A stretch of 64,000 nt of DNA from the human T2T-CHM13v2.0 reference genome, Homo sapiens. The position numbers were made by a program, and so were the translations under genes. Below are positions 1 through 10,472 of this stretch, piece after piece. The stretch is taken from assembly GCF_009914755.1 (NCBI RefSeq), contig NC_060926.1. One strand, written 5' to 3'. How positions within the stretch are numbered: position 1 is the first letter of the stretch; the number at the start of each line of letters is the position of its first letter. The notes beneath the pieces are model-generated. The model had not been told where the DNA came from. It saw only the letters and a program-made list of their open reading frames with translations, and did not search any database.

Positions 1-561
1 TTACAATCACCAACTGTAATTGTGAATTTATCCATTTGTCTCTTCTATACATTTTTGCTTCTATACATTTTTGCTTCATAGATTTTGATGCTGTTATTAG
101 GTATATGCAGATAGTAGTTATATGTTCTTGGTTAACTGTCCTGTTCATCATTCTGAAATATCTTTCTTTATATCTATTAAATACTCTATCTTGAGTTCTA
201 CTTCATCTGACTTTTAACAATTCCAGCCTTCCTATGATTAACATTTATACATTGTATCCATTTCCATCCTTTGTTTAATCCACTTGTGTCTTTTTATCTG
301 TGGCTTTTGTAACTAGCATATAGTTGAGCCTCGCTATTTTATAAAATCTGGCAAACACTATCTTTTATTTGCTCCATATCTATTTCATGTAACTATATTT
401 GCTCCATTTCCATTTGAGGTAACTATTGATATAGCTGGGTTTAATCTACCATTATGCAGTTTGCTTTCTTTTTGCCCCATTTGTTCTTTGTCCCTTTTTA
501 CCTCCCTCTTGCTTTATTTTGGACTGATTGAGAATTTTTTTTTAACTATGCTTCTATGCTT

Positions 562-562
<1 letters not shown>

Positions 563-611
<49 letters not shown>
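563..611. repeat. Pure poly(T) tract, 49 nt
   Basis: Uninterrupted T run read directly. Confidence 0.95.
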
Positions 612-612
<1 letters not shown>

Positions 613-627
613 GTGGTCACTCTAGAG

Positions 628-848
628 CAAGGGGTCAGTCAGCTCCATAGTCTATGGGCCAAATTCAGCCAACCACCTATTTTTGTAAATAGTTTTATTG
701 GAACATAGCCATACTCATTCACTTACATATTGTATTTGATTGCTTTTGTTCCATAGTGGCAGAGCTAACTGCAACAGAGACTGTATGGTCAAAAAAGCCT
801 AAAATATTTACTCTCAGGCATTTTACAAAACAAGTTTGCAAATCCCTG
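628..848. mobile_element. MER58A-like hAT-Charlie MITE
   Basis: Termini CAAGGGGTCAG...GCAAATCCCTG, internal 'tttgtaaatagttttattggaacatagcca', preceded by CTCTAGAG target-like 8-mer. Confidence 0.8.
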
Positions 849-857
849 CTCAGCACA

Positions 858-1131
858 ATCCTGCCTAACAGAAATATAATGCAAGCCACATATGCAATTT
901 AAAAAATTCTACTAACCACATTTCAAAAAGTAAAAAGAAACAGGTAGAATCTATTTTAATAACGTCCTCTGATTAAACCAGTATCCACAATGGTATAATC
1001 AGAATAATATTACTGAGATACTTACATCTTTTTCTAAAGTCTTCAAAATTTGGTGTCTATTTTATAGTAACAGCACATCTCAATTATAACTAGCCATATT
1101 TCAAGTGGTCAAGTCATATTAGACAGCGTGG
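858..1131. mobile_element. MER33-like hAT-Charlie MITE
   Basis: 'agaaatataatgcaagccacatatg...aaaagtaaaaagaaacagg...acagcacatctcaatt...tagccatatttcaagtg' resembles the recalled MER33 consensus. Confidence 0.75.
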
Positions 1132-3602
1132 CTCTAGAAATTACCATGTGCACATTTAACTGATCATATTACATTCTATCTTGACTTAATGTGTAAGAAC
1201 CTTACAAATATATACTTCCCTTTATCCCACATCCTTTGTGCTATTGTTGTTATACGTTTTGCTTTTACATGTGTAATATATTTCAGAATGCATTGGTATT
1301 GTTGCTTTAAGGAGCCATTTTTCATTTTAAAAAAATTAAGAAAGGAAAAGGAAAAAAAGTCTTAACATATCCCAGTATTTACAGTTACTGAAATTCTTTA
1401 TTCCTTCAATAGATCTTAGTTTGGTATAATTTCTCTTCAGCCTGAACAAATTCCTTTAACATTTATCATAGTATATATTTCCTGGAATCTAATTCTGTCA
1501 CCTCTTGTCTGTCTGAAAATATTTGTATTTCACCTGCATTTTTTTTTGTAGTGGTGGATTTATATTTTATTTCTGCATTTTTTTAACAGTTTATTTTGAA
1601 GTAACTGTAGACTCCGAAATTGCAAAAATACATACAGCCTCCCTATACCCTTACCTACCCTTTCACCCAACTCCTGCAAATGAAAACATTTTACATAACC
1701 ATAATATAATTTTACAAAGCAGGAAATTGACATTCATATACTACCATAAAATACAGACCTTATTAGGATATCACCAATTTTGACATGTACTCGTGCATGT
1801 CTGTGTTCCTTAGATATTTTATAACATGTATGGAGTAACCACCACAATTATCCTGCAGACCTGTTCCATGACCACATAGGAATTGCTCATGCTATAGTGA
1901 CACTCTCTTCCCAATCCTAATCCTCAGAAAGCAGTGGGTTTATTCTGCATCACTGTAATTTTATCATTTTGAGTGTATCATATAAATCAAATCTTATGAT
2001 ATGTAACTTGTTGAGAATGGCTTTGTTTCATTCGTCATCATGCCCTTGAGATCGATCCAAGTTTTGTGTACATGAGCAGTTCATTCCTTTTTATTGCTCA
2101 GTAGTAATCTGAAGTATGGATATACCATTGAAGAACATTTGGTTTCTTTCCAGTTTTTGTCCATTCACTATTCAGTAGGTTAGCTGTAGACATTTTTATA
2201 GATGTTCTGTATAAAGTTGAGGAAGCTCCCCTCCATTTCTAATGTACTAAGAGTTTTCATCATGAATAGGTGCTGAATATTGTCAAATGCTTTTTCTGTA
2301 TCAATTAATATGATCATGTGATTTTTCTTCTTTAGACTGTTACCATAGTGGATGACACTGGTTTGTCGTTGAATATTAAATTAGTCTTCCATTCCTTGAA
2401 TCAACCCCACTTCGTCATTTTATATTATTCTTTTTATATGTTGCTGGATTTAATTTGCTAGTATTTTAATGAGGAGTTTTACATCTGTGCTCATGAGAGC
2501 TGATGTCTGTTGTTATCTTTTTATTCTACTGTTTTTGTTGGTTTTGGTATCAGGGTAATGGTGACCTTATGAGTTGAGAAGCCTTCCTCCTCTTCTTAAT
2601 TTCTGGAAGAAAATGTATAGAATTGATCCTGTTTCTTTTTCACGTTTTGCAGAATTCTCTAGTGAAACCATCTGGGTCTGGAGATTCCTTTTTAGCTATG
2701 AATTCAATTTCTTTAGTAAGACTATTCAGATATTTATTTCAAGAGTAGGCAAACTTTTCTGTAAAGAGCCAGATGGTAAAAAATTTAGGTTTTGCAGGTC
2801 ATATGGACTCTTGTCACAACTATTTATCTCTTGCATTTTTATTATTTCATCTTGAGTTAGTTTTGGTAATTTGTGATTTTTCCAGGAATTGGTCCATTTC
2901 ATCTGAGCTATCAAATTTTTGTTGGTATAATTATTCATACTATTCCTTTATTCAAATCCCTTAAATGCCTGTGGGGTCTGTAGTGATATTTGTTTCTTCC
3001 CAGATACTGGTAGTTTGTGTTTTCTTTCCCTGTTAGTCTTGCTAGTTTGTCATTCTTATTGGTCATGTCTCAGAACCAGCTTTTGATTGATCATTCTGTA
3101 TTTTTTAATTGCCAATGTTATTGATTTCTGCTCTAATTTCTATCTTTCTGCTTGCTTTGGATTTCTTTTTTTTTTAATTCTTTTTTTGACAAATATAATT
3201 GTATATATCATATCTATGGGGTACAATGTGATGCTTTGATATATGTCTACATTGTGGGATGTTTAACTCACACTAATTAACAAATCCATCATGTCACATA
3301 CTTGTCATTTCTTTTTATAATTTCTTGGGGTGCAAACAGATTATTAAATTGGGACTTTTTGTCTTTTCTAGTACAAATATTTAGTATTATAAATTTCCCT
3401 TCTAGCATGACATTAGCTATGTCCCATGTTTTGATATGTTGTATTTTTATTTCCATTCGGTTCAATGTATTTTTTAATTTTCCTGGGGTCTCTTTGACCC
3501 ATTTAAAGGGGTCTTTAAATTTTAAAGCATTTGGAGATTTTCCTATTATTTCTTTCCTTCATCTTGATCTTGGTGTATTTTCTTCCCTTTTTTCCAGTTT
3601 AG

Positions 3603-3614
3603 GTAGAAGCTTAG
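3603..3614 (+). CDS. VRK2: VRK2 alternative exon (exon 3603-3646) encoding the short-isoform (VRK2B-type) C-terminus V-E-A-stop
   Basis: Long pyrimidine tract 3541-3600, then TTTAG|GTA GAA GCT TAG; donor AAT|GTAAGT at 3647. Phase 0 matches the last-exon acceptor. VEA* matches the recalled VRK2B (397 aa) terminus. Confidence 0.75.
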   Translation, partial: VEA

Positions 3615-6148
3615 GCTATTGATTTGAACCCACTATTTTTTCTAATGTAAGTATTCCATGCTATAAGTGTCCTGCTAAACCCTGTTTGTACTGCATCCTG
3701 TAAATATTTATACATTTCAATTTTGTTCACTTCAAAATATATTTCCCCTTGAGACTTTTAATACCTTATTTAGAAATGTGTTAATTCCCAAGTATCTGAA
3801 GATTTTTTTTTCAGTTATTGATTTCTAGTTTAATTATATTATGGTCTAACAATATAAATTTGTTAGGGTTTGTTTTATGGATAGGATATGACGGTCTGCC
3901 TGGTTGAATGTTCCAGTTGCAGTTGAAAAGAACATGTATTTTCCTGTTTGGGGGTGAAGTAGTCTATAAATATCAGCTAGATCCCATTATCTTGTGATGT
4001 TACTGATTTATTTTATATTCCTGCTGATTTTCACTCTAGTAGTTATATCAATTACTGAGAACAGAGCTTTCTAGTTAGGGAGATGTGCGATGCCAACTCT
4101 TTGCTGTTTAATGCACAGCAGGCACGGTCAAAAGGGCAAGTGCCTCTCCAGTTTCTGAGGCCAGAGTGGAGGGTTGCTGTTGCTCTGATGTTTGCTCAGT
4201 GCAAGGTGGAGAAGGTTGGTAGCTCTCTACTACGGTCTCTACAGTGTCTGGTGGGGAGGAAGACAGGTACCACATCTGCTTGTGTTAGTGCAGGGAGGAA
4301 CAGGCTATATGGCTCTGCCTTACAGTTTTGGTAGTCTCCTGGTGGGAAGGAAGGGGGACCACCTCAGTAGTACAGGCTGGGAAAGGTTGTCAGAGCTCTA
4401 TCTCACAATTTCCCTAACACCCAGTGGGATAGGGTATCACCTTGTTAGTGTGAGGACGGTCAACAGGGCTCTACCTGTCTCCACAGTGCTTGATGGGGGA
4501 AGGGTAGGTGTGCTCCCTGGTTAGTGTAGGGTGATGATACTCAACAGGACTGTACCCTCCCTCTTCACCCCACCCTTGCCACCTCCCCACCGCCCCCACC
4601 ATCCCCCCCACCCCGCCGCCCCGTTTCCACAGCACCTGGAGAGAAGTAAGGTACAGCTTCTTTCATGGTGTTCACCTAGGGTTCAGCAGGTATAAAAAGA
4701 TTCTGTCCTGTAGACCTGTCCTCCCCCAGGGCTATTGGTTACATAGAGCATGTTTTTCATGTTTGTTTTTTTTTTTTTCCAGTCTGTGCATATTGCTGTT
4801 TCCAGAACGCAGGCTCTTTTATGGCCCAGGCTGGGGTAATAGGAGGTACTAAAGTACATGGCGGGTGGAGACTCAAGGGAGGGTCATTTTTAGAATTTTC
4901 AGTGTTTTGATAGGTGCTTTTTGTCCACTCTTTAATTACCAGAATAAGGTGGGATGCTTACTCTTTCTTGTCTATAACTGGATGCCCCTCACTTTGATTT
5001 TGAAAGCTTCATTGAATATGGAATCTATTCTTTCAGAACTTTAAAAAGGATGTTTCCATCTTCATAGGTCTGTTTTTTTTTCTGCTAAGAAGTTAGCAGT
5101 TATTCTTATTGGCCCATTTATAATGTATTTCTTTCTGTGGCTTTCAAGATTTGCTTGTTATTTTTGGTTTTGTAAGGATGGCTGTCTTTTGTTTATTGTG
5201 CTTTGGGTTCGTAGAGCTGCTTTTATCTGTGGGTTGATATTTGTCTTCAAATTGGAAAGGTTTTGTATGATTTCATCAATTTGTTTCATGCCTTAATCTC
5301 TCTTATTTCTCTGAGTTCCAAATACATGCATGTTAGAATACTTTACCTTTTTCATAGGCAGCTAAATAACTATTTTTTTAAATCAGTCTTTTATGTTGCT
5401 GTACCTCAGGTTGGGTGGTGGTGTTTTTTTTGTTTTGTTTTGTTTTGTTTTTGCCTGACCTCTAGTTGATTGTCAAATCAGCTGTTAAACCTAGCCAATG
5501 AATTTTTCATGTTATACCCTGTATTTTTCAGTTCCACAAGTATATTTCTTTGTATGTTGAGATTCCACCTCCCCCATATCTGTTCATTAATTATGTTCAA
5601 CTTTAATTCCTTGAACATATTTATGTAGATGTTTTATAGTCCTTGTTTGATAATTGTACCATCTGGATCAGCCCTGAATCTCTGTTAATTTTTTCTCCTG
5701 GTTATGGGTCACATTTCCTGCATCTCATTTGTAGTAGTTTTATTGTATACTGAACATTGTGGATGCTGTGGTCTTTAGACTCCAGATTTTATTGCATTCC
5801 TTTAAAGAGTTTTGAGGTTAGTTCTGGCAGACAGTTAACTTACTGGTGACTAAACCTGATCATTTTATAAGTTCTGTTCAGGCTTTTTTGGCCTAGTCTG
5901 CAGTAAATCTTAAATTGTGGCCTTTCTTAGGTCTGTGTTATTTTCCCTTCCTGAGCTTTGTTTTAGATCCCTAAGTTATTTCACATATTTTGACTAATTT
6001 TGTTTTCTATTATTTATTTATGGGTTTTCACAGCAGAAGGGGAAGTCTGGTATCAGATTTTCATGGCCAGAGTGGAAGTAGTGTTGCTATTTTTCATAGC
6101 TTCCCAGTCGATTCTGATGTGCATTCAAAGTTAATAACTATTCTAATG

Positions 6149-6364
6149 TAGGGTTTCTTGACAGCTGCACTGTTGACATTTGGGAGCTGAGCTGTTATTT
6201 GTTGTGGGGGTGCTGTCCTGTGATGTAGGATGTTTCGCATCATTCCTAGTACTTATCTACTAGGTGTCAATAGTATCTCCTCCTAGCTGTAACAACCCAA
6301 AATGTCTCCAGAAATTGCTAAATGTCCTCTGTGGGGCAGGATCAACCCAGGCTGAGAACCAATG
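6149..6364. mobile_element. MER20 hAT-Charlie MITE
   Basis: 'gcactgttgacatttggg...tgttgtgggggtgctgtcctgtg...aaaatgtctccagaaattgctaaatgtcc...gagaaccaatg'. Confidence 0.85.
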
Positions 6365-6396
6365 CTCTATCACAGTAGATTATTGCATTGCCTTGA

Positions 6397-6561
6397 GCCC
6401 TTTGCTACTCAAAGTGGGGTGTGCAGACCAGCTGTATTGGCATCATCTGGAGCTTCTCAGAAATACAGAATCTCAGGTCATACTCCTAGACCTTTTGAAT
6501 GAGATCTGCATTTTAACAAGTTATGATGATCTGTTTGCTTTCTAATACTCGAAGAATAATG
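6397..6561. mobile_element. MER5A/B-like hAT-Charlie MITE
   Basis: 'tgctactcaaagtg...gaccagc...catcatctggagctt...agaaatacagaatctcagg...atctgcattttaacaag'. Confidence 0.75.
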
Positions 6562-6569
6562 CCGTAGAG

Positions 6570-6777
6570 CAGGGGTCAGCAAACCTTTTCTTAAAAGGCC
6601 AGAAAGAAAATATTTTCAGTTTACTTTCCATACAGTTTTTGTCAGAACTATTCAACAATGCCATTGTAGTGCAAAAGCCCACATAGACAATACATAAACA
6701 AATTGATGTGGCTCTGTTCCAATAAAACTTTATTCACAAAACAGGCAACTAGCCAAGCCAAATTTTGGCAACTCCTG
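6570..6777. mobile_element. MER58A-like MITE, opposite orientation to the copy at 628-848
   Basis: CAGGGGTCAGCAAAC...TTGGCAACTCCTG termini; 'tgttccaataaaactttatt'. Confidence 0.8.
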
Positions 6778-8093
6778 TTATAGACTATCCTAATCAGACC
6801 CCCTCAGTGTACTGAAGACAACAGGTGGTTAAATTCTTTGATGAGTGCCTTGCCATATGATGTCATTTGCTGATGTTCAAGAGAGATTAAGTGTATAGAT
6901 TACACAGTAGATGATTCTGGAAATTATAGTAGCTTGACTTCTATCCTTACCTAAGTGGAGATATCTCCCAGCCTTGCACATGTGAGCTATATGTAAATGC
7001 TGCTCTATGATTTGATAGCATAATTATTATTTGTATTATGCTTTATAGGCCTACTGGAATAATTATTCACTTATTTTGACTTTAGTTAATAAAGCTGACA
7101 AACTTATGAAAAACTGCATTAATGTGACTTCGTTAGCTCAGAAAGAGTAGTTTAAAATGAGTTATTTAACTCTAAAGTGAGTCATTTAACTCTCAAGTAA
7201 TTTTTTTTCATAGGAAAGCTAGTAGTTTTTAAAACATCCTTTGTTTTATGTAGGACTCCTTTCTGACACTTCCAAAACTCTGTATCTAGAAAGGGGAGGG
7301 CTGTTTGTTTGAAGGGTGGCAGTTTAAAGGTTGAGAAGGTAGTAGCTATTCTGAGAATGATGGACAGTGAACAAGCTTAAAGTATTTTGCTTTGTTTTAT
7401 AAATTTCTTCTCTTCTAAGTTAGTTACTTGATAAATGGTGCTGAGGGGGCATGCCAGATGTCACCAAAGCAAAGCAGAAAAACTCGACTTTCAGCCAGTT
7501 AAGTGGTGATCAGGAAACTGATTCCTGGGACTTTGGCCAACAGGAATGATGAAAACATAGAAGTAGCTCCCGAAACTTGCATAAGTAACCAGTTAATTTG
7601 TTTTATATTAATACCACTTAATTTGCTTTATATTAATATCTATTCGGTCTATACTGGTTCGTCTGTATAGCTTTCCAAGAGACATAACACTATAGCTACC
7701 CCTGAGGCAGTTTTCTTTGGCTGTGTACAGCCTCATCCTTTGCCCACTGTACAGTGGACACTTCTCAGTTGCCATGGAATCAGAAGGTAAAGAAAGAATC
7801 ACATTAATGACCAAAATATTTCTAATTATGGCTATCTTACCCCCTTAAGATTAAGCCCAATTTTTTGGTTTTGCCAAGAAAATTCAGTTTTCATATTCTA
7901 TCCTATTTATTTTTAGATTATAAATTACTTAAGAGATGGCCTACTGACGTGGTTTAAAAGAACCACTCAAATTATATCCAGATTTGCTTGTTGGATGTTT
8001 ATAAACTCTTAAAAAGTGTAAATCTTTAAGATCTTTACCTAAAAATTACTTCTCAGGAAAAATAACACGCAAAAACTTGATCTTGTATAACAT

Positions 8094-8099
8094 TTTATT
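8094..8099 (-). terminator. FANCL: Probable FANCL polyadenylation signal (AATAAA on - strand)
   Basis: TTTATT on + about 500 nt past the FANCL stop; other - strand AATAAA hexamers occur at 8460-8465 and 8512-8517. Confidence 0.55.
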
Positions 8100-8182
8100 T
8101 AGCATTCTTACACACTACACAAAATAAATACTTGGATAACTCACGTCTAACAAACTAAACTATATATGTATTTTTTCCATAG

Positions 8183-8527
8183 GAAAGCACAAGGAGAAGA
8201 CAGAAATATCAAGAGTCTCAAGAACCTTTGAATGAAGTAAACAGTTTCCCACAAAAAATCAGCTATACACAATTCCCAAACTCATTTTATGAGCCTCATC
8301 AAGATTTTACCAGTCCAGATATATTCAAGAAGTCAAGATCTCCATCTTGGTATAAATACACTTCCACAGTCAGCACGGGGATCACAGACTTAGAAAGTTC
8401 AACTGGACTTTGGCCTACAATTTCCCAGTTTACTCTTAGTGAAGAGACAAACGCAGATGTTTATTATTATCGCATCATCATACCTGTCCTTTTGATGTTA
8501 GTATTTCTTGCTTTATTTTTTCTCTGA
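8183..8527 (+). CDS. VRK2: VRK2 (vaccinia-related kinase 2) terminal coding exon; VRK2A C-terminus with hydrophobic membrane anchor
   Basis: Acceptor ttttttccatAG|GAA AGC ACA AGG; translation ESTRRRQKYQESQEPLNEVNSFPQK...YYYRIIIPVLLMLVFLALFFL* recognised as the VRK2A tail. Confidence 0.95.
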   Translation, partial: ESTRRRQKYQESQEPLNEVNSFPQKISYTQFPNSFYEPHQDFTSPDIFKKSRSPSWYKYTSTVSTGITDLESSTGLWPTISQFTLSEETNADVYYYRIIIPVLLMLVFLALFFL

Positions 8528-8598
8528 AGATGATACCAAAATTCCTTTTGATAATTTTTTAAGTTTCCAGCTCTTCACCGAAATGTTGTATTCTTATT

Positions 8599-8634
8599 TC
8601 AGTGTTTCCTTCCAGACATTTTTAAGGTAATTGG
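8599..8634 (-). CDS. FANCL: FANCL last coding exon (exon 14): PITLKMSGRKH*
   Basis: Acceptor ttctctttttaaAG|CCA ATT ACC TTA AAA ATG TCT GGA AGG AAA CAC TGA; 36 nt, phase 0. Confidence 0.95.
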   Translation of the reverse strand, partial: PITLKMSGRKH

Positions 8635-8681
8635 CTTTAAAAAGAGAACATATTTTAACAAAGTTTGTGGACACTCTAAAA

Positions 8682-8687
8682 AATAAA
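8682..8687 (+). terminator. VRK2: Probable VRK2 polyadenylation signal AATAAA
   Basis: First AATAAA after the VRK2 stop, about 155 nt downstream. Confidence 0.6.
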
Positions 8688-8941
8688 ATTGCTTTGTACT
8701 AGAAATAGTGTCATAGAATAGTGTCATAGTACAGTTTGGAAAACACTTCTGAAGTTTCAGATCACCTAGGAAATCTAGAAAAGGAGTTTAATGTTTTTGA
8801 TCAGAGAATTTGAAAAATAGAAATACAGAGAATGAGTTTCAAAAGTTTTAGATAAACTGATATACTATATAGATCTATCTTCTAGAACATATTACTGAAA
8901 GCTAGGCACATTTTATGAGATGTGATTAACAATTTGCTTAC

Positions 8942-9013
8942 CTTACTACAATATGGACATTCACCAAATATGATGTTAAAACTCTGTCTACTAGTTAGTA
9001 GTCCTCTCAGCCA
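8942..9013 (-). CDS. FANCL: FANCL exon 13: WLRGLLTSRQSFNIIFGECPYCSK (C-terminal half of RING)
   Basis: 72 nt, tttgcAG|TGG...AAG|GTAAGC, CxxC motif. Confidence 0.97.
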
Positions 9014-10355
9014 CTGCAAATTTTAAAAGATAAAGGAGAAGCGTCAGCATGATTACAAATTACAGATACTCCAAATGTCATTCCCTTTGTTTTTAAGTGC
9101 ATTATGTTTTTATTCCAGAAGACTTAGCTTAATTTTGTTTTGCAAGAGTAAGGGATGTATTTCCTGAGCCAATAGCAGACTATTAAGATGTTGAGTAACA
9201 AGGGAAATCAACATGGAATTGAAGGCCTAAACCACTGGTTTATAACCAGATTATGGGCCCCTTTAAGAATCTGATAAGAATTACGCATTTTCTTTATCCC
9301 CAGAATAGACATACATAAAAATAATGCATACTAAGTTCCTGGCATTCATAGACTTTCCCTAAATCCATTAATCACAAATTAACAACTCCTGCTGTTAAAG
9401 ATACTACAGGCTCTTGAAAATTTCCCTCTTAGTTCTGGTCTGAATCACTAACAGTGGGTTAATTTTCAACCCATTGATTATAAGCATGAGCCAGTGAATT
9501 TTTAAAAATTAAATGAATATTCATAATTACAAAAGAAATCACATGTTCCCTTAGAGTATTTCTGTAATTTGACCTGTATTTCTGTAATTTCATGATTTTA
9601 TATAAGGTAAATAGATGCCTCTGCCTAAGTTCTCCATTGGCAAAGTACAGACGGCACCAACTGCTACCTCTAATCACAAAAGTAAAGATGTGATATTAAG
9701 GAAGACTGAAACCGAAGGCAACATACAATTGCAAGGTGTTCTGTATATAGTTACACACAGTTTATCATGTATCAACTAGGCCCTAAGGTGAAGCCAGGCA
9801 CTAAAGACAGGAATGAAAGTAGACTTCACATACAGTAAGTAAAGTGGCATTGCCTGAGTGCTGTGAGACTCAGATCACAAAAGGCATTCTTCTCAACATG
9901 AAAAGTAGTAGTATTGGATATATTCTATTCTTAAATGCAGCCTGAAAAGTAATAGATACTACATAGTACTAATTTCATTTTCACTGTATTACTGCCACTT
10001 TCAACCACCTCCACCTCGGGTAAACCTATGAAGCTTACATTGTGGTAACAAGGAATTTATAGAAAGATTCCAATGTACCATCAATTTAATTTGTTATGTG
10101 TCAATAAGCTAGTCCATGAATATATTCTGGATAGATTTTCTCCCTTGGATACTTCAGAACATTTCTCCACTCATTAGTAACTGTGATGAAGAAATGAAGC
10201 ACATAAGCATCTGGAATAAACTGGTAAAAGGAGTTAATGGCAAAAGAGAGGATCACTATTGACTCAACAGATTTTAGATTCTGTGTATTTCAAACAGGAA
10301 TACTTCCTATGTTGTGTTAGCGGAAAAAAGTCTTGACAATATTTTTATTTTTTAC

Positions 10356-10472
10356 CTCATATAAGCATATTTGATGGAAAGGTTGTCCACACTGAGAATT
10401 ATCACACACTTGATCAGGAATGGTACCGTCAAGTTGATAAGCATAACAAATTCCACAATCCATAGTAAAATC
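10356..10472 (-). CDS. FANCL: FANCL exon 12: DFTMDCGICYAYQLDGTIPDQVCDNSQCGQPFHQICLYE (C4HC3 RING)
   Basis: 117 nt, ttttgaAG|GAT...GAG|GTAAAA; Cys/His zinc-ligand pattern. Confidence 0.97.

Larger units (their letters stand above)
1..5900 (-). mobile_element. Mosaic of old, degraded L1 (L1M-class) fragments, antisense to VRK2, interrupted by MITEs; boundaries approximate
   Basis: T-rich antisense L1-like phrases, e.g. 2260-2330 'catgaataggtgctgaatattgtcaaatgctttttctgtatcaatt', 2880-2930 'ccaggaattggtccatttcatctgagctatcaaatttt', 3905-3980 'gaatgttccagttgcagttgaaaagaacatgtattttcc'; no long ORF. Confidence 0.65.

Noticed and set aside
8625-8634. Recalled FANCL C-terminal ATTA-duplication frameshift allele
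   Set aside because: Only one ATTA copy is present here; the frame ends normally at KMSGRKH*.
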